A DNA stretch of 59,601 nt, counting the filler, from Nemertoderma westbladi (taxonomy: Eukaryota > Animalia > Xenacoelomorpha): the NCBI GenBank assembly GCA_032718475.1. It is 2 parts of 2 records of this genome, joined end to end, with 100 filler letters (N's around TTAATTAATTAA, not from the genome) between each part and the next. Parts side by side here need not be neighbours in the genome. Positions count along the whole stretch, not along the records: positions 1 to 30,574 come from JAUCBJ010005462.1; positions 30,675 to 59,601 come from JAUCBJ010008024.1. One strand, 5' to 3'. Under the pieces are notes generated by a model that worked only from the letters and a program-made list of their open reading frames with translations, was not told the origin of the DNA and ran no database searches. The position numbers and the translations under genes are program-made. Every line of letters begins with the position of its first letter. Within the stretch, counting starts at the first letter, position 1. This document shows positions 25,201 to 38,318 of this stretch, one piece after another.

Positions 25201-28200
25201 TCACCAGTATTAGTTGGAGTTGTAGAAGTTCGGAGTAGTTGGGGTAGGAACGTGTACAGTAAAACTCACCAGTATTAGTTGGAGTTGTAGAAGTTCGGAG
25301 TAGTTGGGGTAGGAACGTGTACAGTAAAACTCACCAGTATTAGTTGGAGATGTAGAAGTTCGGAGTAGTTGGGGTAGGAACGTGTACAGTAAAACTCACC
25401 AGTATTAGTTGGAGTTGTAGAAGTTCGGAGTAGTTGGGGTAGGAACGTGTACAGTAAAACTCACCAGTATTAGTTGGAGATGTAGAAGTTCGGTGTAGTT
25501 GGGGTAGGAACGTGTACAGTAAAACTCACCAGTATTAGTTGGAGTTGTAGAAGTTCGGAGTAGTTGGGGTAGGAACGTGTACAGTAAAACTCACCAGTAT
25601 TAGTTGGAGTTGTAGAAGTTCGGTGTAGTTGGGGTAGGAACGTCTACAGTAAAACTCACCAGTATTAGTTGGAGTTGTAGAAGTTCGGAGTAGTTGGGGT
25701 AGGAACGTGTACAGTAAAACTCACCAGTATTAGTTGGAGTTGTAGAAGTTCGGTGTAGTTGGGGTAGGAACGTCTACAGTAAAACTCACCAGTATTAGTT
25801 GGAGTTGTAGAAGTTCGGAGTAGTTGGGGTAGGAACGTGTACAGTAAAACTCACCAGTATTAGTTGGAGTTGTAGAAGTTCGGAGTAGTTGGGGTAGGAA
25901 CGTCTACAGTAAAACTCACCAGTATTAGTTGGAGTTGTAGAAGTTCGGTGTAGTTGGGGTAGGAACGTGTACAGTAAAACTCACCAGTATTAGTTGGAGA
26001 TGTAGAAGTTCGGAGTAGTTGGGGTAGGAACGTCTACAGTAAAACTCACCAGTATTAGTTGGAGTTGTAGAAGTTGGGGTAGGAACGTGTACAGTAAAAC
26101 TCACCAGTATTAGTTGGAGTTGTAGAAGTTCGGAGTAGTTGGGGTAGGAACGTCTACAGTAAAACTCACCAGTATTAGTTGGAGTTGTAGAAGTTCGGAG
26201 TAGTTGGGGTAGGAACGTGTACAGTAAAACTCACCAGTATTAGTTGGAGTTGTAGAAGTTCGGAGTAGTTGGGGTAGGAACGTCTACAGTAAAACTCACC
26301 AGTATTAGTTGGAGTTGTAGAAGTTCGGAGTAGTTGGGGTAGGAACGTGTACAGTAAAACTCACCAGTATTAGTTGGAGATGTATAAGTTCGGAGTAGTT
26401 GTAGGAACGTGTACAGTAAAACTCACCAGTATTAGTTGGAGTTGTAGAAGTTCGGAGTAGTTGGGGTAGGAACGTCTACAGTAAAACTCACCAGTATTAG
26501 TTGGAGTTGTAGAAGTTCGGAGTAGTTGGGGTAGGAACGTCTACAGTAAAACTCACCAGTATTAGTTGGAGTTGTAGAAGTTCGGAGTAGTTGGGGTAGG
26601 AACGTGTACAGTAAAACTCACCAGTATTAGTTGGAGATGTAGAAGTTCGGAGTAGTTGTAGGAACGTGTACAGTAAAACTCACCAGTATTAGTTGGAGTT
26701 GTAGAAGTTCGGAGTAGTTGGGGTAGGAACGTCTACAGTAAAACTCACCAGTATTAGTTGGAGTTGTAGAAGTGCGGAGTAGTTGGGGTAGGAACGTGTA
26801 CAGTAAAACTCACCAGTATTAGTTGGAGTTGTAGAAGTTCGGAGTAGTTGGGGTAGGAACGTGTACAGTAAAACTCACCAGTATTAGTTGGAGATGTAGA
26901 AGTTCGGTGTAGTTGGGGTAGGAACGTCTACAGTAAAACTCACCAGTATTAGTTGGAGTTGTAGAAGTTCGGAGTAGTTGGGGTAGGAACGTCTACAGTA
27001 AAACTCACCAGTATTAGTTGGAGATGTAGAAGTTCGGAGTAGTTGGGGTAGGAACGTGTACAGTAAAACTCACCAGTATTAGTTGGAGATGTAGAAGTTC
27101 GGAGTAGTTGGGGTAGGAACGTGTACAGTAAAACTCACCAGTATTAGTTGGAGTTGTAGAAGTACGGAGTAGTTGTAGGAACGTGTACAGTAAAACTCAC
27201 CAGTATTAGTTGGAGTTGTAGAAGTGCGGAGTAGTTGGGGTAGGAACGTGTACAGTAAAACTCACCAGTATTAGTTGGAGATGTAGAAGTTCGGTGTAGT
27301 TGGGGTAGGAACGTGTACAGTAAAACTCACCAGTATTAGTTGGAGTTGTAGAAGTTCGGAGTAGTTGTAGGAACGTGTACAGTAAAACTCACCAGTATTA
27401 GTTGGAGATGTAGAAGTTCGGTGTAGTTGGGGTAGGAACGTGTACAGTAAAACTCACCAGTATTAGTTGGAGTTGTAGAAGTTCGGAGTAGTTGGGGTAG
27501 GAACGTGTACAGTAAAACTCACCAGTATTAGTTGGAGTTGTAGAAGTGCGGAGTAGTTGGGGTAGGAACGTGTACAGTAAAACTCACCAGTATTAGTTGG
27601 AGTTGTAGAAGTTCGGAGTAGTTGGGGTAGGAACGTGTACAGTAAAACTCACCAGTATTAGTTGGAGTTGTAGAAGTGCGGAGTAGTTGGGGTAGGAACG
27701 TGTACAGTAAAACTCACCAGTATTAGTTGGAGTTGTAGAAGTACGGAGTAGTTGGGGTAGGAACGTGTACAGTAAAACTCACCAGTATTAGTTGGAGTTG
27801 TAGAAGTTCGGAGTAGTTGGGGTAGGAACGTCTACAGTAAAACTCACCAGTATTAGTTGGAGTTGTAGAAGTTCGGAGTAGTTGGGGTAGGAACGTGTAC
27901 AGTAAAACTCACCAGTATTAGTTGGAGTTGTAGAAGTTCGGAGTAGTTGGGGTAGGAACGTGTACAGTAAAACTCACCAGTATTAGTTGGAGTTGTAGAA
28001 GTTCGGAGTAGTTGGGGTAGGAACGTCTACAGTAAAACTCACCAGTATTAGTTGGAGATGTAGAAGTTCGGTGTAGTTGGGGTAGGAACGTGTACAGTAA
28101 AACTCACCAGTATTAGTTGGAGTTGTAGAAGTTCGGTGTAGTTGGAGTAGGAACGTGTACAGTAAAACTCACCAGTATTAGTTGGAGTTGTAGAAGTGCG

Positions 28201-28251
28201 GAGTAGTTGGGGTAGGAACGTGTACAGTAAAACTCACCAGTATTAGTTGGA
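22268..28251. repeat. 65-bp satellite, right block (~90+ copies, with 55- and 62-bp deletion variants)
   Basis: Same unit as 19399-20465; a few recurring variant positions. Confidence 0.97.
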
Positions 28252-28297
28252 CTATTTATCCTACTAACTAACTGAACTTATACTGTCTGACTGTTAT

Positions 28298-29419
28298 ATG
28301 ATATTCGAGAAATTCCGCAACGATAAACACAACGCTGCAACGGATGCAACCTACAATCTGACAATGACGCCCCCTAACAATAAAGTAAAGGCGAAAAAAA
28401 ATATGGCGTCATCGCGAAGATCTGAGATACCGGTACCGGACATGTCAAAGATGATTAGTTGCGACATATGTTCGGGTTTCTTTCTGGATGAAGCAACATA
28501 CGAAAGCCACAATACTCACTGTCAGGGCTCAATCTTCGTAGAACCTCCCAGCGCCTGCAGCCACTGCAACAAATCTGTATCCGGCAACAATTGTTTAGGC
28601 TGCGAAATTTGTGGATCGTGGATCCATGCTGCTTGCCTCAAACTATCAAATGCTGAAATACAAATCTTAGCCAAATGCAAGAACTGTAAAATCGTCTGTT
28701 CTCCCTGCGAGTCTAAAGGAAAACTATCGATAGAGGACGGCACCAGCCCCGGTCCTAAACAACTAGAGTCCATGATATCTAACCTGAAATCTTCTCTAAA
28801 AGACGACTTCGATTTACTTAACAGTGAATTGATATCTCTTCGAAACAACAACAGTAGTTCCAACCATTGGACGACAGTCGACGGAAAGAAAAAGAACAGC
28901 AATAACAGAGTCAACCAGCAGCATCAACCTCTGACGCTTGATGATGTCTCCCGAGAGGTGGGCGAACAGAAAAAGCGGCAGAACAACTTAGTTATTCGGG
29001 GGTTTGCTCTACCCGAAGAATCTTCTGAGGATGTTCAATGCTTGACAACGTTCCTTCAGGATAACTTCGTAGTGGCTGCACCACTGAAAAAAGTACTCTA
29101 CAGACGCCCAGCAAGAACGGTCGACGGTGTCGACAAATGTTCCACTGTAATTGTGGAGCTCTCCTCTCTCGAGATCAAGTCCACAATTCTCCGGAAAAAG
29201 TCAACACTGAAAGACTTGGCTTCTGGCATATATATCTCTCAGGACCTCACCCCCCTTCAATCAGAGCAAGCCTATCTACGGCGCAAATCGATCCGTGAGA
29301 ATAGGAGACAAAGTACTTCAACCGAACCCCGGCGTTCTACCACCCGCCCAGCACAGAATGACACTGACACAGCTTCTGCTTCTGGTACTAATTCTGTACC
29401 GGTGCAGGGAAACCAGTAA
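28298..29419 (+). CDS. LINE ORF1 protein with PHD finger (CR1/L2-type)
   Basis: CSHC..CLGCEICGSWIHAAC..CSPC PHD pattern; RQNNLVIRG and IYISQDLTP motifs typical of this ORF1 class; open 373 aa. Confidence 0.88.
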   Translation: MIFEKFRNDKHNAATDATYNLTMTPPNNKVKAKKNMASSRRSEIPVPDMSKMISCDICSGFFLDEATYESHNTHCQGSIFVEPPSACSHCNKSVSGNNCLGCEICGSWIHAACLKLSNAEIQILAKCKNCKIVCSPCESKGKLSIEDGTSPGPKQLESMISNLKSSLKDDFDLLNSELISLRNNNSSSNHWTTVDGKKKNSNNRVNQQHQPLTLDDVSREVGEQKKRQNNLVIRGFALPEESSEDVQCLTTFLQDNFVVAAPLKKVLYRRPARTVDGVDKCSTVIVELSSLEIKSTILRKKSTLKDLASGIYISQDLTPLQSEQAYLRRKSIRENRRQSTSTEPRRSTTRPAQNDTDTASASGTNSVPVQGNQ

Positions 29420-29463
29420 AGGGAGGTCATCGCCAACCAGCTAACATAACACATGATCAATAT

Positions 29464-30574
29464 TTGAACTGCTGTTGCTTAAATGCCCAGTCTACTAAGA
29501 ATAAACTGCCTGATCTCGACGAATTCCTTAGTTCGCGCAGTATCGACGTCCTCGCGGTTACGGAAACCTGGTTAACTGATGCCGTAAACGACTCTGAGAT
29601 TCAGAGTGATCCAAAGTATAAGGTAATCAGAAACGATCGTTCCTCTAAAATCGGCGGCGGTGTTCTTCTGTTGATTAGCGACAAACTGAAATACGCGCGT
29701 GTCGAACTCCTGGATCCCGAATCAGAAATAGAATTTGTTGCTGTTGACATCCTCGGTGTCAACAAATCCCGGTTTATCTGTGCATATCGACCGCCATCAC
29801 GACAACACAATTCTGCGTATGAAAGTAAACTTTGCGACACCCTTCAAACCCTTTGTGACGTCCCCTACCCATGCATTGTCACTGGAGACTTCAATCTCCC
29901 GAGTTGGAACTGGAAAGACCTCAGTCACCCAGATTCAGATCTCTACAATGGATTCGAGAATTTCATCCTTGAAGCGAGTTTAAACCAGGTCCAGTTTGAA
30001 CCAACCAGAGGTGCAAATGTTCTCGACTTGGTGTTTACATCCGATGAAGAGTTTGTATCAAATGTCACAGTAGATTTACCCTTCTCTACCAGCGATCATT
30101 CCATCGTTCTTTTCAATATCATTGACCCAAATTGTAGTTCTGGAAACATGGATGAGCCACCGGGATTCTACGACTTTAGCAATGGCGACTACATAGGTTT
30201 TAATGATTATCTAAGGGAAATAGATTGGAGAGCTATTTATGGTCCATGCATTTCGGTCAACGATTTTTATAATTGTTTTAGCAAACAGCTAAAGGATGGC
30301 ATCGATCGGTTTATTCCTTTCAAGGTTTTTACTCGCAAAAGAAAGAAAACGTATCCAAGTTATGTCAGAAAGCTCCAGAAAACAAAACTGCTACTTTGGC
30401 GGCGGCGCAGTACTCCCGGTGGCCTGGAAGCCTACAGACGATCGGCGAAACAGGCGTCTCAGTCAGTGTACCGGGCAACGTGCGAGAAAGAATCGAAACT
30501 CTTAAACTCCGGCGACTCGAACGCGATCTTCAAATATATTAACTCTAAACGAAAGAAAGCCTCTGGGATCGGCC
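29464..30574 (+). CDS. LINE ORF2 N-terminus: APE-type endonuclease, truncated by the assembly gap
   Basis: LNAQS, AVTETWL, GGGVLL, AYRPP, GDFNLP, PTRGANVLDLVF, SDH motifs; uninterrupted frame. Confidence 0.92.
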
Positions 30575-30674
30575 NNNNNNNNNNNNNNNNNNNNNNNNNN
30601 NNNNNNNNNNNNNNNNNNTTAATTAATTAANNNNNNNNNNNNNNNNNNNNNNNNNNNNNNNNNNNNNNNNNNNN
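30575..30674. other. Artificial contig-joining linker (44 N + TTAATTAATTAA + 44 N)
   Basis: 100-bp gap with a palindromic all-frame stop linker in its centre. Confidence 0.93.
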
Positions 30675-32405
30675 AAATACAGACAATTGTCCGTCATGTC
30701 CGTCAAAACGATAGATTCGCTAAAAGCTCTGAAGAATCTTATTTTTTTGGCATTACGCGTCCCCCCTCGAAAAATCGAGAAAATCGTACGGCTGGAAATA
30801 GGTCGAATGGGGGGGGAACACCGTTTTCGCAGTAACTACGCGTCCAGTATGTAGACTGCGTCCTTTAGAGGGGCGGCGAATTCACCTCACTCGACGCCGC
30901 CCTTACTGAATGTTTTTAAAAAATGTTTCTTCCCACCTAGCTGATTGCGTCCACTAGCTCCGGGCTATTAGCAGTCAATCAGCTTCAGTCATCATTTATA
31001 AATATTGATTTAATTATGAAAGTGTATTGCAATTTCATATTTGTTAGATTGGAGAAATAAATATAGTGATAATGATAATGATAGGCCAAGTGATAAATAT
31101 AACCGTATGTCGCAGGCCAAACAATACTGGTAGTCCTAAATAATAGTAGGCCTAAATAGCGAAATATCACCGAAAATAAATTAAATTGTATCAGCCAAAT
31201 ACCGTAAGCAGCCTAACACCAAGAAGCTACTCAAACCAAACCAGTATATCGTTAGAAAAACAGTCCAGTTCCAAACACCAGAGAGCCAGTCAACATAACC
31301 AGTTTATCAATTAGCAGTCTATCTCCAGGCCGGACTCACTGAAGAATTGCAGTCAGTCAGTGCTCCAGAGAATACAGTAATAATGCCAGAATTCAAACAC
31401 ACTGCGCCAGATTAGTATGGCTAATATGATTTGTAACATCTCCATTTTTATTTACACCGGTTTTTTGGTGTTTGTAATTAGACTGGAATTCATAACTAAT
31501 TTAGAAATTTCAAACTTGTTTTTTTTAATATCTAAATGTTTTAAATGATTTTTTGAACCTGTTTTTGTGAAATAGGGGTTATTTGGGATTCTGGTTTCGA
31601 TGGAATATGTAGGAGTTGCACCAGGCGGGTTTATGAGGGTCCTGAATCCGATGGAATCAATAAAAACAGCACTGGACATCTCAAACCTCTATTTTTTGAT
31701 GATGGGTACGAAATTTGGTGCTAGCATCAGAATTTGCCATATTCGGCTGAAAAATACGAGTTGCAATGATCTGGTAAATTAGAAATGTATTCCATTAGAA
31801 TCAGCGCCCCAAAAAAACTGAAAATGTGAATTTATAGCATCAAATTAATTAAGCTAATAATTAATTAATTAATTAATTAATCAATTTAATTAAAAATTTG
31901 TGTTCACCGGTATTATATATCAATAATAATGATAATTTTAATCATTTTAACCAAATCAATCTTTAACCGACGGATTTCAAGTGGATCAGCCTTCAGATAA
32001 TGTAGACAGACGCTCGTCATAAGTTAAATTCCTAAGGCCGGGTAGGTAACGCGTAAAATCTCTCTGGATCCGTTCTAATACACATATAAACTGAAATAAA
32101 CAACTGAAATAAACTAAATTGAAAATTCGAATCCCAATGACCGAAAAACCTACGCATATTTATGAAACGGTACGTATTTGGAAGCTATACGGTATGTTCA
32201 CTGTATGTAACGTGTATATCAGCGGATACCTAATTCATTGGATGAGGCCAAATTTAATAAATAAAGTTAATCCATAGAGTATTGGCGAGTAGAATTCCAA
32301 CAATTATTGGGACACTGGAGAGACATTATTCCGCTAACTCCCACTTTTCGAGGCACTTTTTACAGTAGCGGAATATACTCATACTCATATACATATACTA
32401 TATAT

Positions 32406-35400
32406 GGTCAGGTCAGGTATTCTAGGTCATTGGTCAAGAAAACTTGCCACCTACATGCAGCATAAAGGAGGTGCCACCTGTAGCTGCATAGACCCTCTTA
32501 CTAGGGCAAATCTGGTCCTGTAACTAGGACCCCCTTCGTTCTGGGATAAGGACGCCGTTGGTCCTGGATTAAGAACCCATATACTTGGCTGCAGGGGTAT
32601 ATGGCCGGGCCAGGCAGATGGTGATCTACCAATGGCTGGTCAGGAGTAGAGTGTTCTCATGTACACTCTGAGAGCATTTCATTGCGACATGCACTTGGCA
32701 GCAGGGGTACAGGGCATGACCCAGCAGATGAGCTGCACAGCCAATGGTGGGTCATGTGCGCCAGAGTAGATATGGGTGATGAGCCTCATATCTGACTCCA
32801 CATCGACACCCACCCTGTGGAATAGCAAACCAGGGTGTGGTATTTGCCCCGAGAGCTGACTCGGCAAAAAAGCACCCCCAACCCCCACCATGTTCCACCC
32901 CGACCAATGAAGCCATTGGTGTATCTGAGGCAAGTCACTAGACTAGCCTCAGTAAACACCCTAACACTCGGGTCCCCAATTCGACAAGGTGAGCTGACTG
33001 CCTTGGCAGATAAGCTTTCTCTTATCACAGTGGGTGTTCAAGAGCACCGAATGCAGACTGGACAGACTGATGAGGTTCTGATTAAGGACAAGGGGGGCGG
33101 TTGGTGACTCACCCTCGCGTCAGCAGATGATAGTGGCAATGGTGGAATTGGTCTATTGATGAATCCAACTGCACATGCAGCATTGGACAAAATAGACCAA
33201 ATCTCTAACCGCATCATCCGTTGCCACTTCTCATGTTCTGGAAGACTGGCTAAGAAGTTTCCTAAGGTGGCTCTGATTGTGTGCTACTCTCCAACTACTG
33301 TTGCCCCTGTAGAGGATGTGGAACATTTCTACCACAATCTACAAGCAGCTACTGATGGAGTGGATCAGCATGCATTCTTAACATTCTTGGGGGACTTTAA
33401 TGCAGGTCTGCATCAATCACCTACATCGCCCTGGGTCTATAGCAATAGTGTTAACCGAAATTCCGTCCATCTTCAGGATTTTATCTCTGTAAATGGATTA
33501 TTTTCGGCTGGAACCCATTTCAAGAAGCGAACTGGAAAGCTGTGGACTCATAGTCCACCCAGTGGTCACAAGTCCCACATAGACCATATTCTGTTTCGTA
33601 GGAAATACAGGAGCTATATAAAAGACTGTAATGCATTTACACTTCGACCCTTCTCCAGTGATCACCACCTTATTGTGGCCAAGGTAAGACTTAGTCTGCA
33701 TGCTAGCAGAACAACGAAATCTGCATTGCCGCGGCATGACTGGTCCTTTCTGTTGCAACAACCAAGTGTGAGATCCAGCTTCACACTACAGCTGAGCAAC
33801 AGGTATGAGGTTCTTGCCTCTGAGGTGGCAGATCACTGAGGGCTATACTGCCTTCACAGAAGCAGTTAAGTTGGCAGCTGCAGAAACAGTTCCTGTATAC
33901 CCTCGCAACAGGAAAATGGCCCCCTGGACTGACAACAAAATTCAGAAGTGCCGAAATGACCTCTATAAGGAGCAGAAAGAATCCCGACTCAAACAGACTA
34001 CAGCGGCCAATAATGCAGTTAAGGCTGCATCTAGGTCCCTGAACAGGCAGTAATCTGTTAATTTACAGGAGCTAATAAACCAACAGGTTGATGCCATCAA
34101 TGATGCTGACGACAGCAGGCAATCATCCCAGGCATGGAAATCGAACTCACGGTTTGGTGCCAGTTCCCAAGAAGGGCAACCTAACACTCTATGGTTCTTT
34201 TCGGGGAATCTCATTGATCTCGATTGCTGCAAAGCTATACAACGGAATTCTTTTAAATCGCATCAGGGATCCCATTGAGAGACTGCTCCGTGGAAATCAG
34301 AATGGGTTCCGTAAAGGTCGTGGGACCATGGAGCCCATTTTGGCACTTAGAAGGATAATTGAAGAGTTATCCAAAAAGAAAGACAGGTATCTGGCTGTTA
34401 TCTTTGTTGACTTCTTCAAGGCCTTTGAATCAGTCTCTCGCTCACATATGTTCAGCATACTTTCATTATATGGGATTCCTGGTGAAATTATTGCAGCAAT
34501 CAGACCAGTATACGATGGTTCGACAACATTTGTGTCTACTGTTGATGGTGACACAGAACCATTTGAAGTGTTATGGGGCGTCCTCCAGGGAGACACACTT
34601 GCACCATTGTTGTTCATAATTGTGGTTGACTATGTTCTACACATGTCCTTAGATCATCATAATGATGATGGGGTGATGATAACTAACTGACAAACAAATA
34701 CCTAACTAACTAACTAACAAATACCTAACTGATCTAGACTTTGCTGATGACTTAGGAGTACTCTCAGAATCACCAGAGGGAGGCCAACGGCTCCTCGGCT
34801 CATTAGAACATGCTGCTTCTATTGTTGGTCTTTTTATTAACTCCAGAAAGACCAAAATTTTGACAGTTAACTTTGAAAGTCCTCAGCAAGTCTCTGCTCG
34901 GATGGGCATGACTTCTGTTACCTGGGATCATGGATCCGGCAGTCAGGTGAGGACCTTCGAATACGTAAGGGAAAGGCATGGGCAGCCTTGAATAGGCTTT
35001 CCAGAATTTGGAAGTCACCAAGAATTAATCGGAAACTTAAGGTCCGATTATTTAGAGCAGCATTAGTTCCAGTACTCCTCTATGGGAGTCCATGCTGGGC
35101 TCTAACTGCTGAGGACACCAAATCTCTGGATGGTACATTCACAAGAATGCTACGCCGTGTTCATTGTGTCAAGTACAATGCACACATCTCCAACCAGACA
35201 CTGTATAACATTGGAGGTGTCTCATTGGTTCCCCCAAGCTTAACACTAGAACAAAATCACCTCCGCTTTGCAGAACATTGCTTTCGCCGTGAGGACCAGC
35301 CAGTGCATAATCTTGTACTTTGGCAGCGTCATAGAGTGAATAAGCATGGTGGACAGCCCATGACTTTCTTGAGACGCATCTTAAAGGACACTGGTCTTGA

Positions 35401-35527
35401 AGATGCGGATGATCTAGCAAATGTCATTGGTGATAGGGAGTTGTGGCGGTGCAATTTTGTCGACAAGCTGGCACAGCATTCTTAAAAATGCAGCTGCAAT
35501 GCAGCATGCCGATCCTAGTAGTAGTAG
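32406..35527 (+). mobile_element. RTE-clade LINE, near full length with 5' UTR, internally deleted and degenerate
   Basis: ASVNTLTL, GVQEHR, CYSPT, LGDFNA, IDHIL, SDH (APE); PVPKKGNL, QNGFRKGR, FVDFFKAF, GVLQGDTLAPLLF, LDFADD (RT); (GTA)n tail. Confidence 0.9.
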
Positions 35528-36303
35528 TTTCTATATCACTTTGCAGTTGTTTAAAGTCAGTTGCAGGTGATCGACTGCATACATCTTAATATTGGTTTTG
35601 GGGAAACACTTTGTACTGTAGATCATAAGTATTATTAATTAAGTCTGGAAATATTGCACTGAATGAATATTAACGGACTACTTCTTATAAATATGAACCT
35701 TATCCTTGGGGTATTGTAAAGTTGACTTTCATCTTTAAAAAAAATTCTGCCACCACCATGCAATCCACAATTGGGTTGCTGTGATGCAGCATGGTTGGAT
35801 ATGTGCATTTTTGTACTTGACACAATGAACCCGGTGTAGCATTCTTGTATAAGTGCCATCCAAAGATTTGGCGTCGTCAGCTGTTGGAGCCCATCATGGA
35901 CTCCCATATGGGAACTAGGACTAGTATTTCTAAGTCATCATCAAACTCTAGATCAGTGTTTGGCCGGATTTAATTGGCTTATCTGTAAAGTGATAATTGA
36001 ATGGGTGAATAGTTCCGCTGCTCTTTTAAGGAGCAGTGAACGATAATTAAATTGCACCAATAATAATGTCACTAACATCATTTGATGATAGCCTATAGCG
36101 TGTTGCAACCGTGAAACAAATTAATATTGTCGAGATATTTTTGGGAAATCTGGGCGCTCTCTAAACAGGTGTAAGTTATAATTTGGTTTGGTAAATGAAT
36201 AGTCTCAGTAGCGCTCCTGTATGGGTTATATTCTTCTAAAAAAATTCATTAATGCCATTATGTTCACAAAAAGGCCCCAACATGGAAGTTTAAAAAATGT
36301 TAA

Positions 36304-36604
36304 ACGAACGGATGAAGTGGTAGGCATTCACCAGCGGCAGCATAGTGTAAAGATGATAAAAAAATAAAGTATTGAGGGTCTTTAGCTGGTTATATTATAT
36401 TAGATAAAGATACAATAGTAAACGTTTTCGACCTACCGGTCTGCATCAGACTATGTACTGGCAACTAACAGGAAAAGGTGGGGTCTATACATAGTACATA
36501 GTCTGATGCAGACCGGTAGGTCGAAAACGTTTACTATTGTATCTTTATCTAATATAATATAACCAGCTAAAGACCCTCAATACTTTATTTTTTTATCATC
36601 TTTA
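36304..36604. mobile_element. Penelope-like inverted terminal fragment with a hammerhead-ribozyme-like core
   Basis: Perfect 112-bp inverted arms (36348-36459 and 36493-36604) containing CTGATGCA-GACC-GGTA-GGTC-GAAA-ACG; flanked by the 13-bp direct repeat TAAAAAATGTTAA. Confidence 0.7.
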
Positions 36605-37336
36605 TAAAAAATGTTAAGAACCTTATTAACCAATCTTCCATCCCCACATTGTTTTATTATAACCCAAAACACATGTCACTCTATTTTGAAATAATTCCCT
36701 GAGGAGATGGATATTTCTCTTTGCAGTTACGATCTTAGTATGTGAAGATTACCACGTTTTCACTAAAAATCCAGGTTACAGAAGATCTATATATGATCTA
36801 TAACCAAAACAATAAGCGAATTAGTAATGTACAGATCATAAGATAGGAATAAGCTCTATAAAACACTTAATAAGGATAAATTTTAAAAACTTACAGATTC
36901 TACATATAAAATTTCAATAAAATTCATCCTCTAAATTTCTCTAATAAATTTCTGGCGTCTACTAGGGTACAACTGCCCCCCTCCCCAATATCAATTACCA
37001 GCAATTATTTCCTTAGACGCGGCTGGCTCGCTTCTAGGAAACCCCTGCGAATAATATTTATAGCAAACCAATTATATATTATTAGTCAGATAAATAGCGA
37101 ATTCAAGGAAACGATCGCAACAAATTCTATGTAATCTACATTCTCGATGCACACCAATAAATTGTTTTTGGAAGGCCGTTAGGGCTTATTTCTGTCAAAG
37201 TGTAAAGTCTGATTTCACCGGGAAATTAAAGAAATTTCACATAAATTCCACAAGGTTTCAAACCGAGAATAAATTAGAATTATTGTCCTTTATTAATCAC
37301 GTTGTTTATATTATTCCTATCGAACTATCCCAAACT

Positions 37337-37475
37337 ATGATTATCTTTCTTCTTCTAATCGTGAGCCCGACTACTGTATTCGGTAGTTGGACTTCCTCAT
37401 ACTGGCCATCTTCCTATTGGGGCTCATATTGGAGCACGTATTGTTACTGGTGGTCTTCTTGCTCCAGTACTACAG
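37337..37475 (+). CDS. Host gene exon 1: signal peptide plus Trp/Ser/Tyr-rich segment
   Basis: MIIFLLLIVSPTTVFG-SWTSSYWPSSYWGSYWSTYCYWWSSCSSTT; strong donor CAG|GTAAGT, phase 1. Confidence 0.78.
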
Positions 37476-37686
37476 GTAAGTTTATTATCAAACACTCTTT
37501 CGCTAATTAATTAATTATCATGAAATTAAATGAACCTTATAAAAAATCTACATTTAATTTCAATAATATATAATTATTGATTTCAAAAATTATTTAAATA
37601 ATTATAAAAATTCAGAATTTTATAAATTATTAATTGCTGTTTTTACATCATTTACATTCGGTTATATGATGTTACTGTATTTATAG

Positions 37687-37803
37687 ATCCATGTTTGGAT
37701 GTTGATTGTGGAGTAAATGCTCATTGCGATGCGTCTAGCGGATGGTGCGTATGTGATGACGATATCACGGTAATGCTGGGAAATGGAAACTGTTTTGAAG
37801 ATC
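37687..37803 (+). CDS. Host gene exon 2: EGF-like domain
   Basis: TTTATAG| DPCLDVDCGVNAHCDASSGWCVCDDDITVMLGNGNCFED |GTAAGT; 117 nt, phase 1-1, six Cys in EGF spacing. Confidence 0.85.
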
Positions 37804-38318
37804 GTAAGTACCTATATATTCCAGAGGATTTATTACTTTTTACAGTGTTCTAATCAAAACTGAAGATTGAAAGGCCCTTAGTCAGGCCTAAGGCCGTATA
37901 CATACGGCACTATACATACATACCCCCTTACCCCCTATAAACATAACAAAAACCTGTAGTATATAATAAGTATATAAATGCATGCATACACCCTCATAAA
38001 GGCGAGGTGATAATGAAAACATTATTGTAAAGTCGATTTAATTATATTTAATTGTAATAGATGCTGCATATAGATTGATAATAGCGTAATAGATTGTAAT
38101 AGATTGTAGACGGTCTTAACGTTGTCTTGTTGGGGCTCGTTATGAGGTTTTGGGGGGTGAGGTTCGCCACATTGTGGCTTTAGTGCAATTGAGCTTGGGA
38201 GTGACCGTTGTTAGGGGTGTGTTCCTAAAGGCCATGATGCCCTGGGGAGTCCGGGCCTGGTGTGGGGCTCAATGTTGCATCGAGGATGAGTTTCTTCATC
38301 ATCTTTACAGTGGCTTCA

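Noticed and set aside
19399-28251. CRISPR array or coding repeat
   Set aside because: No unique spacers; the 65-bp unit is not a multiple of 3 and contains stops.
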